Of a stretch of DNA of 64,000 nt, positions 25,773 to 35,565 are shown one piece after another. The DNA comes from an uncultured Christensenellaceae bacterium (GTDB taxonomy: Bacteria; Bacillota; Clostridia; Christensenellales; Aristaeellaceae). How positions within the stretch are numbered: the first letter of the stretch is position 1; each line of letters starts with the position of its first letter. The stretch spans positions 9,915 through 73,914 of the forward strand of contig CAJOJQ010000032.1 in the NCBI GenBank assembly GCA_905234985.1, in the 5' to 3' direction. Both the position numbers and the translations under genes were made by a program. The notes under the pieces are model-generated. The model was not told where the DNA came from. It made no database searches and was given only the letters and a program-made list of their open reading frames with translations.

Positions 25773-25814
25773 TTATTGAGAAGTTACGACGCAAACGGTC
25801 TTAATTCTCAATAA
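25773..25814. promoter_or_regulatory. Operator-like repeat 1 (contains inverted TTATTGAGAA...TTCTCAATAA)
   Basis: TTATTGAGAAGTTACGACGCAAACGGTCTTAATTCTCAATAA. A near-repeat lies at 25850..25886. Confidence 0.5.
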
Positions 25815-25819
25815 AAGTA

Positions 25820-25848
25820 TTGACATTCCCTCCTCGTTGCCTTATCAT
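25820..25848 (+). promoter_or_regulatory. Promoter of 25903..27183
   Basis: TTGACA-17 nt-TATCAT, sandwiched between the two operator-like repeats. Confidence 0.6.
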
Positions 25849-25849
25849 C

Positions 25850-25886
25850 TTATTGAGAGGTTACGACGTAACGGACGTTCATTCTC
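25850..25886. promoter_or_regulatory. Operator-like repeat 2
   Basis: TTATTGAGAGGTTACGACGTAACGGACGTTCATTCTC, immediately after the -10. Confidence 0.5.
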
Positions 25887-25902
25887 TGTCAGGAGGTGCC
25901 TT

Positions 25903-27183
25903 ATGATCGCAAGAGATTTATACCTGCGCCAGCTGATCGACTACATGGGAGACGGACAGATCAAGGTTATCACCGGTATTCGCAGGTGCGGAAAATCCGT
26001 GCTTTTGTTCCATCTTTTTTATGATTATCTGATCGCGTCCGGTGTGCCTGCCGATCATATCCTGCAAATCGCCCTGGACAAACGAAAGGACGCAAAGTAC
26101 AGGAACCCGATCGCCCTTTCCGACAAGGTCAGCGAGTGGGTCAGGGAAGATGAAGGGAAATACTATCTTTTTATCGACGAAATCCAGATGGCCTATTCCG
26201 TGCCCGATCCGGACAATCCCGGCCACGAGATCACGGTTTATGACATGCTGAACGAGCTGAAGGATTATCCCAATTTAGATGTGTACGTGACCGGCAGCAA
26301 TTCCAAAATGCTGTCCAGGGATATCGCCACCCAGTTTCGGGGGCGGGCTTCGCACGTGCATGTGTACCCGCTTTCCTTTTCCGAGTATCACCAAGCCGTG
26401 GGCGGCGATAAGCGCGATAACTTTGACCGCTTTCTGATTTACGGCGGCATGCCCTACCTTCTGAACCTCAAGACGGACCGGCAGCGGCAGGATTATCTGA
26501 CCTCCCTCTTTCAGGAGGTGTACATCAGCGATATCGTGGAACGGAATCACCTGGAACGCCGGGATGTGCTGGAAGACATGCTGGATTTCTTAGGTTCTTC
26601 CATCGGTTCTCTCACCAATCCCACGAACATCGCAAATACCCTGAACAGCGTCAAGCACGCCGGCGTCAGCGGCAATACAGTCAGCGCCTATTTGGGATTT
26701 ATCATGGATGCGTTTCTGGTCTGCGAAGCGCGCCGGTATGATATCAAGGGGAAGTCCTATTTTGATTTTCCCAACAAGTATTATTTCACCGACGTTGGCC
26801 TGCGCAACGCCCGGCTCAGCTTTCGCCAGATCGATCCGGGACATATGATGGAAAACGTGATTTACATGGAGCTGCTGCGCCGTGGGTACGCCGTGGATGT
26901 GGGCGTGGTGACAGACCGGCGGAACGGCCAGAACAAGCAGAAGGAAGTGGATTTTGTCGTCAACAGCGGCGATAAGCGCATGTATATCCAATCCGCATGG
27001 CAGATGCCGGAAGACAAAAAAGAAATCGCGGAGACTGATTCGCTTCGTCTCACAAACGATTTCTTCAAACGCATCATCATTCAATCCGACATTCCCGGCG
27101 TGATCACCGATGAGGAAGGCATCATTCACTGCAACATCATTGATTTCCTGATGAGCGATGATGAAAACGCAGGGTTCATTTGA
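25903..27183 (+). CDS. AAA+ ATPase with C-terminal DUF4143-like domain (paralog 2)
   Basis: AGGAGG-N7-ATG at 25903. Walker A GIRRCGKS, Walker B LFIDEIQ. Confidence 0.8.
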   Translation: MIARDLYLRQLIDYMGDGQIKVITGIRRCGKSVLLFHLFYDYLIASGVPADHILQIALDKRKDAKYRNPIALSDKVSEWVREDEGKYYLFIDEIQMAYSVPDPDNPGHEITVYDMLNELKDYPNLDVYVTGSNSKMLSRDIATQFRGRASHVHVYPLSFSEYHQAVGGDKRDNFDRFLIYGGMPYLLNLKTDRQRQDYLTSLFQEVYISDIVERNHLERRDVLEDMLDFLGSSIGSLTNPTNIANTLNSVKHAGVSGNTVSAYLGFIMDAFLVCEARRYDIKGKSYFDFPNKYYFTDVGLRNARLSFRQIDPGHMMENVIYMELLRRGYAVDVGVVTDRRNGQNKQKEVDFVVNSGDKRMYIQSAWQMPEDKKEIAETDSLRLTNDFFKRIIIQSDIPGVITDEEGIIHCNIIDFLMSDDENAGFI

Positions 27184-27297
27184 AGGACTGGCCGGTAAAC
27201 AAGATCGAAAACGTGGGATTTATTTGAAGGGCTGGCCGAAAAACAATTCGAGGGCGGCGGCGCGTTCGGAGCGGAACGGGCGAACAAAAAGCAGCGG

Positions 27298-28692
27298 TTA
27301 CGGTGCTTCGCCGATCAGCAAGATTTCGCCCGCCGCGCCTGTCTGAAATTCCACCCGCATTTCGGAAACTGTACGGGCTTTAAAGGGCAGGATCACGGCC
27401 TGGCCGGGCTTCCCGTCCGCAGGCAGGGAAAAGGAGGCGGTCAGCGTGCCGTTGAAGGTGACTTTTCCTGAAAGGGCCTGGCCGGGAGCGGGGTAGATGA
27501 TCAGCAAATCGGCGCTGACCGGTTCATCCCAGCGGTAGGACACGCTGCTTCCCCGCCATATATAGGCTTCCGAGGCGGCGCTTATGCAGTAATCGCCGTC
27601 GGTGAGCAGGCCCTGGGCGTCTCTCGCACAGGCGGCCAGGGGCAGCACGTTCCGGCAGCCGATCTCCTTGAGGGGTCGAAGCTGCGGGGCCAGGGTGGGG
27701 CCGTTGATGAAGGCCGTGCCGTCGGCGTGAAACCCGGCCCGATCCACGCACAATTGCCGGTTGCCCGAAGGGGCCTGGGGATAAGTGTGGGTATGGTAGG
27801 AAGTGAACAACTCATCCCCCACAGTAAAGAAGGCGTTGTGGCCGGGGCCGGATACCGTTACGCCCTTTTCGTTCTCCGCGTATACCAGCAAGGGATTGTT
27901 TTCTTGCTTCGTGTAAGGCCCCAGGGGCGCGTCCGCCACAGCCACGCTGACGGAATATTCCTTCATCCAATAGCCGTTGACGCTGTAAAACAGATAATAC
28001 TTGCCGTCGTGCTTCACCACCGCGGGGCCTTCGTTCCACAGGGGATCGCCGGACCGGGTTTCCCATTCTCCCTCGGGCTTCAGCAGCAGCACCGGGTCCC
28101 CCTGCACGGACAGCAGATCGTCCGAAAGGCGCACGCCGTAAATATGGCTTTCCTGGCGCCCGTTTTCAAAGTTTTCCGAGCAGTCCCGCACATAGATCAG
28201 ATAGGGATTTCCCGCGTCGTCCCAGCTCAGGGTGGCGTCGATAGTGGCGTAGCCGAAATCCATCAGAGGCTTTCCCAGCGGGTCTTCATAGGGGCCTTGG
28301 GGGGAACTGGCAAAGGCGACGCCGGTGCGCAGGCTGCCGTTTTCCCGCATGCGGGCGGTGAACAGCATCACGTATTGTTCGCCCACCTTGTAGACCTCCG
28401 GCGCCCAGTAATCCCCAGACGCCCAATTGACTTTTTTCAGCGCTTTGGATTTCTCAAAGGTGCGCAAATTCCCGCTGCGCCACACGTTGAAGCCGATGGA
28501 GCCGCCGGTGGCGAACAGGTAATAGCCGCTTCCCTCCGCCAAAACAAAGGGGTCGCCGATATCCTTCACGTCACGGGGATTGGACACGAAGCGGTTTTTC
28601 ACCGCGCTGTAATCCAGTACCCGCAGGTTTTCTCCCTGGGCGCTCAGAGGCAGCAGCAGCAAAACCGACAGCAAGATCAACATATTCCGCAT
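27298..28692 (-). CDS. Secreted glycoside hydrolase family 43-like (beta-xylosidase / arabinofuranosidase type) with C-terminal beta-sandwich
   Basis: Signal peptide. DPFVL...YYLFATG..., DYWAPEV..., and five-bladed propeller-type repeats. Confidence 0.8.
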   Translation of the reverse strand: MRNMLILLSVLLLLPLSAQGENLRVLDYSAVKNRFVSNPRDVKDIGDPFVLAEGSGYYLFATGGSIGFNVWRSGNLRTFEKSKALKKVNWASGDYWAPEVYKVGEQYVMLFTARMRENGSLRTGVAFASSPQGPYEDPLGKPLMDFGYATIDATLSWDDAGNPYLIYVRDCSENFENGRQESHIYGVRLSDDLLSVQGDPVLLLKPEGEWETRSGDPLWNEGPAVVKHDGKYYLFYSVNGYWMKEYSVSVAVADAPLGPYTKQENNPLLVYAENEKGVTVSGPGHNAFFTVGDELFTSYHTHTYPQAPSGNRQLCVDRAGFHADGTAFINGPTLAPQLRPLKEIGCRNVLPLAACARDAQGLLTDGDYCISAASEAYIWRGSSVSYRWDEPVSADLLIIYPAPGQALSGKVTFNGTLTASFSLPADGKPGQAVILPFKARTVSEMRVEFQTGAAGEILLIGEAP

Positions 28693-28707
28693 AACGATTC
28701 CTCCTGA

Positions 28708-29589
28708 TTATCCCTTCACGCCCGCCTGCACGGAAATGCCTTGCAGGAAATACTTCTGGGCCACCAGATACAGGATGAAGGGCGGCAGCATGGACACCAG
28801 GCACGAGGCGATCATGTGCGCCCATTTCTGTTCGTACTGGCCGCTGAGCAGGCGCAGACCGGCGGTGAGCGTCTGATTCTGCACGTCGGTCATGACGATG
28901 GAGGGCCAGAGGAAATCGTTCCACGCGCCGTTGAAGGAGAACAGCGCCACCACGATCATCACCGGGAAAATAGAGGGCAGGATCACGTGGATGTATACCT
29001 GCAGGCTGTTGGCCCCGTCGATGGTGGCGGCCTCGTCCAGCACCTTGGGAATGCCCCGCATGAAATTGCGGATCAGGAAAATATTGAATACCCCGGCCAG
29101 GCTGGGCCAGATCAGGGCGTTCAGGTTGTTGATCCACCCCAGAGCGTTGGCGATGCGGAACATGGGCAGCAGGTTCACAACGTTGGGGAACATGCTCATG
29201 TACATCAGCGCCCAGAAAATCTTTTCCCCGCCCTTGAAATGCAGCCGCTCATAGGCGTAGGCGGACAGGGAGGTGATGAACACGGCGCACACCGTGACGG
29301 TAACGGACACGATGAAGGAATTTTTGAACATGGACAGGATGTTGGCGGTGGTATTGGTGCCGCTGCCGCCCACGAACATTTCGATATAATTGACCACCGT
29401 CCACTGCCGGGGCACCAGGCGGGTGAGATAATCCCAGGGGCCGGTGACCGTGGCGAAGGACGTGATGAAATCCGAATCCGTCTTAAAGGAGTTCAGCACC
29501 AGCCACAGGATGGGCACGATCCACGCCACGCCCAAGAGAATCATGAAGGTCAGCGCCGCGCGCTTTCCCGCTTTTCCGGATACCATCAA
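28708..29589 (-). CDS. Carbohydrate ABC transporter permease (MalG-type)
   Basis: 6 TM segments. EAA-like loop ...LDEAATIDGAN... Confidence 0.88.
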   Translation of the reverse strand: MMVSGKAGKRAALTFMILLGVAWIVPILWLVLNSFKTDSDFITSFATVTGPWDYLTRLVPRQWTVVNYIEMFVGGSGTNTTANILSMFKNSFIVSVTVTVCAVFITSLSAYAYERLHFKGGEKIFWALMYMSMFPNVVNLLPMFRIANALGWINNLNALIWPSLAGVFNIFLIRNFMRGIPKVLDEAATIDGANSLQVYIHVILPSIFPVMIVVALFSFNGAWNDFLWPSIVMTDVQNQTLTAGLRLLSGQYEQKWAHMIASCLVSMLPPFILYLVAQKYFLQGISVQAGVKG

Positions 29590-29604
29590 TCAGCCCCTCC
29601 TTTC

Positions 29605-30990
29605 TCAATCGGGCGCGTTGGAGCGCATGAGCTTCAGCTGGAAGAACGAAACGATCATGATGCACACGCCCAGCACCAGCGCCATGGCGGCGGACATGCC
29701 CGCCACCTGCTTTTTCACGGCGTTTTCCTGAATGTACATCAGCAGCACCGCGTTGGCTTCCCGATTGGCAAAGCCGGTGAGGATCAGGGGCTGGCCGTAG
29801 ATGTTGAACTGGGCCACCACGGAGGTGACGAAGGTGTACATCAGGGGATAGCGCATGCCGGGCAGAGTGATATGCAGGAATTTCTGCCACGCGCCCGCGC
29901 CGTCCACGGAGGCGGCCTCGTAATGATCCTGGGGGATGGAGGCCAGGGCGCTCTGGTAAATGACCATGGTGGAGCCTGTACACCACCACACCGTGACCAC
30001 CACGATCACGATCCAGGAATAGGGCGGGGTGAACCAGTTTTCCGTGGAGCCGAAGAAGCGGTTCATCACGCCGTAGTCCGGGCTGAACATATAGCGCCAG
30101 CTCAGGGTCACGGTGGTGATGGACAGCAGACTGGGGAAATAATAGATGGCCTGGAAGAACTTGCTTCCCTTCGCTTTCGCGTGCAGGGCCAGGGCCAGGG
30201 TCAGCGGCACGGCGATGCAGAAGGGCACGGAATAAAGCACGAACTTCACCGTGTTCCACAGGCCGTTCCTCAGCTGCCGGTAATACGTGTTCTGGCTGTC
30301 AAAGAGCATGGTTTTGAAGTTGTCCAGCCCGATGAACACAGGCTCGTTGAACAGATCCCACTTGGTAAAGGCGGCGTAAACGCCGTAGACCGCCGGGGTG
30401 ATGAAGAAAATGATGAAAAAGAATAGATGGGGAGCGATGTAGGCGTAGGGCAGCAGATCGTGCCCCACGCGCCGCCACTCCTGCTCCTTGCGCCACTTCG
30501 GCATGCACAGCAGGGCGGTCAGCCCGCACGCGGCCAGGGCCATAAACGCGCCGGGTGAAAAGGAAGTTTCGATGCCCTTTACGTCCCGCTTCTTGAATTT
30601 CACGCCCGCGTTCTTCAGCGCCTCGCTCAGGGGCGTATACAGGGCGGAGTTCATTTGTTCCCTGGAAAAGAAAATCAGGAACAGGCCGAAGGCCAGGAAG
30701 GCGACCAGCGAAAACATCATGGCCACGTTCCGCTGACGGCCCACTGTGGCGATCAGGGTACACAGCATGCACACCAGCGCCACGGGGATCAGCAGGATGC
30801 TGGCGCTGGACAGGGAGAAGAAAAGCTGGGGCAGCGGCATGGACGTGCTGACCGTGGTTTCCTTCAAGGTGGTGCTGGCATTCACGCCCGACAGGGCGAA
30901 GAAAACGAAGAAGGCCAGCGCCAACAGGATCGCGCCCAGCGCGTTTGGCGTCATCGCCTGTTTCCTGGCGGCGGATACCGTCTGACTCAT
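29605..30990 (-). CDS. Carbohydrate ABC transporter permease (MalF-type, extended N-terminus)
   Basis: ATG at 30990. ...YEAASVDGAGAWQKFxxITLP... EAA motif. Confidence 0.85.
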   Translation of the reverse strand: MSQTVSAARKQAMTPNALGAILLALAFFVFFALSGVNASTTLKETTVSTSMPLPQLFFSLSSASILLIPVALVCMLCTLIATVGRQRNVAMMFSLVAFLAFGLFLIFFSREQMNSALYTPLSEALKNAGVKFKKRDVKGIETSFSPGAFMALAACGLTALLCMPKWRKEQEWRRVGHDLLPYAYIAPHLFFFIIFFITPAVYGVYAAFTKWDLFNEPVFIGLDNFKTMLFDSQNTYYRQLRNGLWNTVKFVLYSVPFCIAVPLTLALALHAKAKGSKFFQAIYYFPSLLSITTVTLSWRYMFSPDYGVMNRFFGSTENWFTPPYSWIVIVVVTVWWCTGSTMVIYQSALASIPQDHYEAASVDGAGAWQKFLHITLPGMRYPLMYTFVTSVVAQFNIYGQPLILTGFANREANAVLLMYIQENAVKKQVAGMSAAMALVLGVCIMIVSFFQLKLMRSNAPD

Positions 30991-31076
30991 CCGGGAAACA
31001 CCTCTTTCCAAAGCGGTTGGGAATTCAAAGGAGGGGGCGAAGGGAGTTCCCTTCGCCCCGAAAACGGTTTGTAGTA

Positions 31077-32315
31077 TTACTGCGCGGCGATGGCGTCGGC
31101 GATTTCCTGGTCGATCTGGGCCAGCGCGTCGTCAATGGAGATGGTGCCGTCCACGAAGTCCCAGCCTACGCGGGAGAACGCAGTGTCGAACAGGCCCCAG
31201 TACAGATACTTGTAGATGGCCAGCTCGTCGGAACGGGCGGGATCAGCCAGGAAGGCCTGGGGATATTCGGTGAATTCCGCCACGTCGTTGATGGACAGGT
31301 GGGCGGGGCACTGGCCGGCGTCCTTGGCCCACGTCAGGCTGTTTTCGCCCATGAAGTTGATGAACTTGGCCACGGCCAGGTCTTCTTCTTCGGTACGGTT
31401 TTCATCGGCGAACTGCACGAAGTTGTGAGAGGAGGTCCAGCTCATGCAGGTTTCGGGGGTGTAGCAGATGGCGGGCAGCATGCCAAATTCGATGCCGGCG
31501 TCCACCACGGCGGCCTTCATCCAGATGCCTTCGGACCACACCAGCATGTTGCCGGAATAGAATTCAGAGGAATAGTCCGTGTTCTTGACGGAGGTGTAGC
31601 CGCCTTCCCACAGTTCCTTCATGGTCTCGAAAACCTTGCGCATGTTGGCGTTGTTGATGGAGGGATTCACGCCGTCTTCGCTCAGGGTCAGGTTGGGATC
31701 CAGCTGGCCGTAGTAGCACAGCAGCTGCGCGCGCATCCAGCCCAGGTCGGTCACATAGCCGGTGAAGCCCGCGGCCTTGGCCTTGTCGCCCAGCTCCTTC
31801 ACTTCGTCGAAGGTCAGGTAGCCGTCTTCCACATAGCTGTTCAGGTCATACTGGGCAAACAGGTCCTTGTTGTAATAGGTCACATAGGAGTGTACGTCCA
31901 GCGGGATGCCGTAATGCTCGCCGTCGATATCGGTGCGGGCCCAGGCGGCGGCGTTATAGTTTTCTTCCTTCACGCCCGCTTCGGCAATCAGGTCCAGGTC
32001 ATAGGAATACAGCATTTCCTGGTTCACAAAGTTGGGGATGCGCTCGATGTGTACGATGCACACGGAGGGGATGCCGGTGCCGGTCTGCACGGTGAGGGGG
32101 ATTTTCTGGTACAGGTCGTCGGCGGTCATGGGGGTGTGGGTCACATGCACTTCATCCTGGGACGCGTTGAACGCGTCTACCATGGCCTGCATGGTCGCGC
32201 CGTCCGCGCCGGTGAATACGGACCAGTAGGTGATTTCGATGGGTTCCGCGTGGGCCACAGCGGCCAGGGACAGCACCATCATCAGGGACAGTACCAGGGC
32301 CAGGAACTTTTTCAT
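31077..32315 (-). CDS. ABC transporter extracellular solute-binding protein (family 1)
   Basis: Signal peptide MKKFLALVLSLMMVLSLAAVAHA. Position in the operon with the two permeases. Confidence 0.88.
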   Translation of the reverse strand: MKKFLALVLSLMMVLSLAAVAHAEPIEITYWSVFTGADGATMQAMVDAFNASQDEVHVTHTPMTADDLYQKIPLTVQTGTGIPSVCIVHIERIPNFVNQEMLYSYDLDLIAEAGVKEENYNAAAWARTDIDGEHYGIPLDVHSYVTYYNKDLFAQYDLNSYVEDGYLTFDEVKELGDKAKAAGFTGYVTDLGWMRAQLLCYYGQLDPNLTLSEDGVNPSINNANMRKVFETMKELWEGGYTSVKNTDYSSEFYSGNMLVWSEGIWMKAAVVDAGIEFGMLPAICYTPETCMSWTSSHNFVQFADENRTEEEDLAVAKFINFMGENSLTWAKDAGQCPAHLSINDVAEFTEYPQAFLADPARSDELAIYKYLYWGLFDTAFSRVGWDFVDGTISIDDALAQIDQEIADAIAAQ

Positions 32316-32366
32316 GGGGATACCTCCTTTTATTTTCTACCGCGTTCTTCGCGGTAAAATACGATA

Positions 32367-34175
32367 TTAGGATACCTGATTGGTATTCACGTCCGGATTG
32401 CGGTTCAGGGCGGCGAAGCGCTTGGGGTCGATCTTGGGCTTGCGGTCCGGGGTGACCAGGCCGTTTACTTCCTGCATCACGTCGGTCAATTGGGTGTAGC
32501 AGTAGCCCTGGCAGTAGGGGATGCGCCGGATGGCGTCGGTGACGCTTTGGAACCGGGCGAAGAAGGCCTCTTCATCCGTCACCTTGTCGTGATAGCCCCA
32601 GCTTTCCATGCCGCCCGCGTCGCCCTGCAGGCCGATGCTGGAGAAGGCGATGCCGCCGTATTCCGTCACGAGAAAGGCTTCCTTTCCCGTGGGCTGAACG
32701 CCCAGGGCGTAGCAGGGCCGCCAGTCGCAGGCGTGCTTTTCCACCTGCTCCCGGGAGGCGAAGTGGGCCGCGATCACCGCGCCCTCCGCCGCGTAATCGT
32801 GCAGGGCGCAGATGTCCGTTTCCACCTGCTCCCAGCCGTCGTTGACGGACACCAGCCGCGTGCCGTCCAGGGCCTTGGCGGTATGGTACAGCATCCGGGC
32901 CAGGGCCTGCTGGCGTTTGTCGGTGTAAATTTGCCTTACGCCCCAGCTTTCGTTCAGGGGCACCCAGGCGATAATGGAGGGATGGTTGAAATCCCGGTCG
33001 ATGAAGCCGCTTAAGGTTTCATACAGATTGTTGACGGAATCGTCGCAGAATTCATAGGGGCTGGGGATCTCGCCCCACACCAGCAGGCCCATTTTGTCCG
33101 CCCAGTAGTAGTAGCGGGGGTCTTCTAACTTTTGGTGCTTCCGGGCGCCGTTGTAGCCGAAGGTTAGCGTCAGGCGAATATCCTCCTGAATGGCTTCGTC
33201 GCTGGGCGGGGTGATGAGGGAATCGGGCCAGTAGCCCTGATCCAGCACCAGCCGCTGGTACAGGGGGCAGTTGTTCAGGTACACCTTGCCGTCCTTGACT
33301 TCGACTTTGCGCATGCCGAAGTAGGTGCGCACATGGTCGATCGCTTCGTTTCCCCGCCGGAGGAAAATATCTACGTCGTACAGATCGGGATGATCCGGCG
33401 TCCATACGTGCAAAGGCTCCAGGGAACCCTGCACGATCAGGTCCATGGGGATGGAAACGCGGCGGGACTGCTCTTTCATCCGCAGGGAGCGCACGGGCCG
33501 CCCTTCAAAGCTCAAGGCCACCTCAATGTCCAGCGCTTCTTCCGGCGTCCGGTCCAGCTCCAAGTCCACGGTACACTGGTGCCGGTCAAAATCCGGGGTG
33601 ACGTGGGCGCGGGTCAGGGCCGTTTCGCCCACCGCTTCCAGGTACACCGTCTGCCAGATGCCGCTGACCGGGGTGTACCAGCAGCCCATCAGGCCCCGCT
33701 GCCAGTATTGCTTGCCCCGGGGCTGGGCGCAGTCGGGCCGGTCCTCCACCCGCAGGCACAGGTCGTTTTCCCCCGCCTTCAGCAGGGCGGTGATATCGAA
33801 GCCGAAGGGGGTGTAGCCGCCCCGGTGGCTGCCCGCCAGCTGGCCGTTCACATAGACCCGGGCCTCAAAGTCCACCGCGCCGAAGCGCAGCAGCACCCGT
33901 TGGCCCGCCATGGCCTGGGGAACTGCAAAGGAACGCCGGTACCACAGGATGGGGTGGAGTTCGTCCGTGGGCCCGATGCCGCTCAGCTTCGTCTGATACG
34001 CGAAGGGCACGGTGATCCGCTGGTCAAAAGCGCGGCCCTGCGCGTACCACCGGGAAGAAAGCCCCTCGTCCCCGTCGTCAAAGGCAAACTGCCATTCGCC
34101 GTTCAAGTTTTCAAAGGCGTCTCGCTGGAAATCGGGACGGGGATGCTCCGGGCGAAATATGGAATGAATATTCAT
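32367..34175 (-). CDS. Glycoside hydrolase family 2-like
   Basis: ATG at 34175 behind GGAGG. Sugar-binding, Ig-like and TIM-barrel order, with ...NHPSIIAWxxxNE... motif. Confidence 0.8.
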   Translation of the reverse strand: MNIHSIFRPEHPRPDFQRDAFENLNGEWQFAFDDGDEGLSSRWYAQGRAFDQRITVPFAYQTKLSGIGPTDELHPILWYRRSFAVPQAMAGQRVLLRFGAVDFEARVYVNGQLAGSHRGGYTPFGFDITALLKAGENDLCLRVEDRPDCAQPRGKQYWQRGLMGCWYTPVSGIWQTVYLEAVGETALTRAHVTPDFDRHQCTVDLELDRTPEEALDIEVALSFEGRPVRSLRMKEQSRRVSIPMDLIVQGSLEPLHVWTPDHPDLYDVDIFLRRGNEAIDHVRTYFGMRKVEVKDGKVYLNNCPLYQRLVLDQGYWPDSLITPPSDEAIQEDIRLTLTFGYNGARKHQKLEDPRYYYWADKMGLLVWGEIPSPYEFCDDSVNNLYETLSGFIDRDFNHPSIIAWVPLNESWGVRQIYTDKRQQALARMLYHTAKALDGTRLVSVNDGWEQVETDICALHDYAAEGAVIAAHFASREQVEKHACDWRPCYALGVQPTGKEAFLVTEYGGIAFSSIGLQGDAGGMESWGYHDKVTDEEAFFARFQSVTDAIRRIPYCQGYCYTQLTDVMQEVNGLVTPDRKPKIDPKRFAALNRNPDVNTNQVS

Positions 34176-34474
34176 TCGCACATCTACCTCCATTCAGGCG
34201 TTCGTTTTCGATAGCTCCATGAATAATGTATTAGTAAGGCTGTTTATTGCAGAAATTGTTCAAATAAACGCCGTTTGACGCTTGTTTGCAACAAGTTTTC
34301 TGTTGATAAGAGAATAGCACGAATGATTTGGGCTGTCAATAGGTTTTTGGAATTCCATAAAACTCGTATATTCAAACACATTAAGTTCAAAAATCATGGA
34401 GTAAATGACGACAAAAAAAGAACCCAACCCTGTTTGGAAGAACAGGATCAGGTTCTCGTCATTTTGCAGGCCGG

Positions 34475-35422
34475 TCAGCCGTGGAAGTGATAGCCCACGC
34501 GCAGCTTCAGCGCCTGGGGATAATCGCCGAATTTTTCGCCGAACAGGTTCAGGCCGCCCACGTTCTCCGCGTCCGCGGGCACGCCGATGCGCACGCTGAT
34601 ATAATGGTACGGGTCCAGCGCCAGATCCTGAATACGCACGTCGCTGATCTTCTGGTTATCCAAATAGCTGCCGCTGCCGTCCACCCGCCAGATTTTCAGG
34701 AAGCCGAATTGGGTGCTTGATTCGCTCCACCATTCCGGGGTCAGGATGCCCCGGCGGCCGCCGCAGTCGCAGGGGGAGGTCCAAATGCCCAAGCGCTTAC
34801 CATTCACCTCCACCGCGATGTCGCTCTTCCAGGGATCCCGGTACATGGGGGCCTCCGAGCAGGCTTCAAAAGAGATTTCCAGCCAGTCCACGCCGGTATA
34901 TAGGGGATCCACGGCGGAAAACCGGTATTCCAGAAAGCCCTGCTGCATCCAGATCAGCTGGGCGGAAAAGCGCTCCGGCAGATAAAAGGAGGCGGGCACA
35001 TCCATCATGCCGATCAGGGTGTTGGCCCCCGCCAGGCCGCAGGTGGGCTTCACCCCCTCGGCCATGCTGTAGCCGCCAATGGGCATACTGTAGGCGATGC
35101 TCTGCTCCGGCGAGTCGTCCGGCAGATCCAGGCTGATGTTCACCCGGTCCAGCCGCCGGGAACACAGCTTCATGGTGCCGCGCATGCCGGGCTGGTTTTC
35201 CGTGGTGATCACCCCTGCCTTTTTCAGCACCTGCACCGCCAGCGCGGCGGTGGACATGGGCAGATCCAGCGCCTCCGCGATTTCCCCGATGCTCATGCTT
35301 TTCCGCCCCAGCAGCCGCATCACGTCCAGCCGGATAGGGGACGACAGCGCGTGGCAGATGGCGGCGAGGGTTTCCGGATCATCCAGCCCTAATTGGGCGA
35401 TTTTTCCTTGGATATCACTCAC
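34475..35422 (-). CDS. ArsR-type HTH transcriptional regulator with large C-terminal domain
   Basis: GTG at 35422 behind GGAGG. ...LSSPIRLDVMRLLGRKSMSIGEIAEALDLPMSTAALAVQVLKKAG... Confidence 0.72.
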   Translation of the reverse strand: MSDIQGKIAQLGLDDPETLAAICHALSSPIRLDVMRLLGRKSMSIGEIAEALDLPMSTAALAVQVLKKAGVITTENQPGMRGTMKLCSRRLDRVNISLDLPDDSPEQSIAYSMPIGGYSMAEGVKPTCGLAGANTLIGMMDVPASFYLPERFSAQLIWMQQGFLEYRFSAVDPLYTGVDWLEISFEACSEAPMYRDPWKSDIAVEVNGKRLGIWTSPCDCGGRRGILTPEWWSESSTQFGFLKIWRVDGSGSYLDNQKISDVRIQDLALDPYHYISVRIGVPADAENVGGLNLFGEKFGDYPQALKLRVGYHFHG

Positions 35423-35496
35423 GTTTTGAAGCCTCCAATGCGCCCGCACACGGCAGGCAAATCCCCAAATCAATCAGCCTTGATTTCCGTTCCATT

Positions 35497-35565
35497 CTAC
35501 CACAAAAGCCTGGCCGCATCAAGCGCCTTGCAAGGGCGGACACGGTTCACGCATGAATGAGAAGT
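35497..35565. repeat. Left copy of an imperfect direct repeat of about 70 bp flanking the EPS island
   Basis: CTACCACAAAAGC...CAAGCGCC...GCGGACACGGTTCACGCATGAATGAGAA. Compare 44638..44706. Confidence 0.55.
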
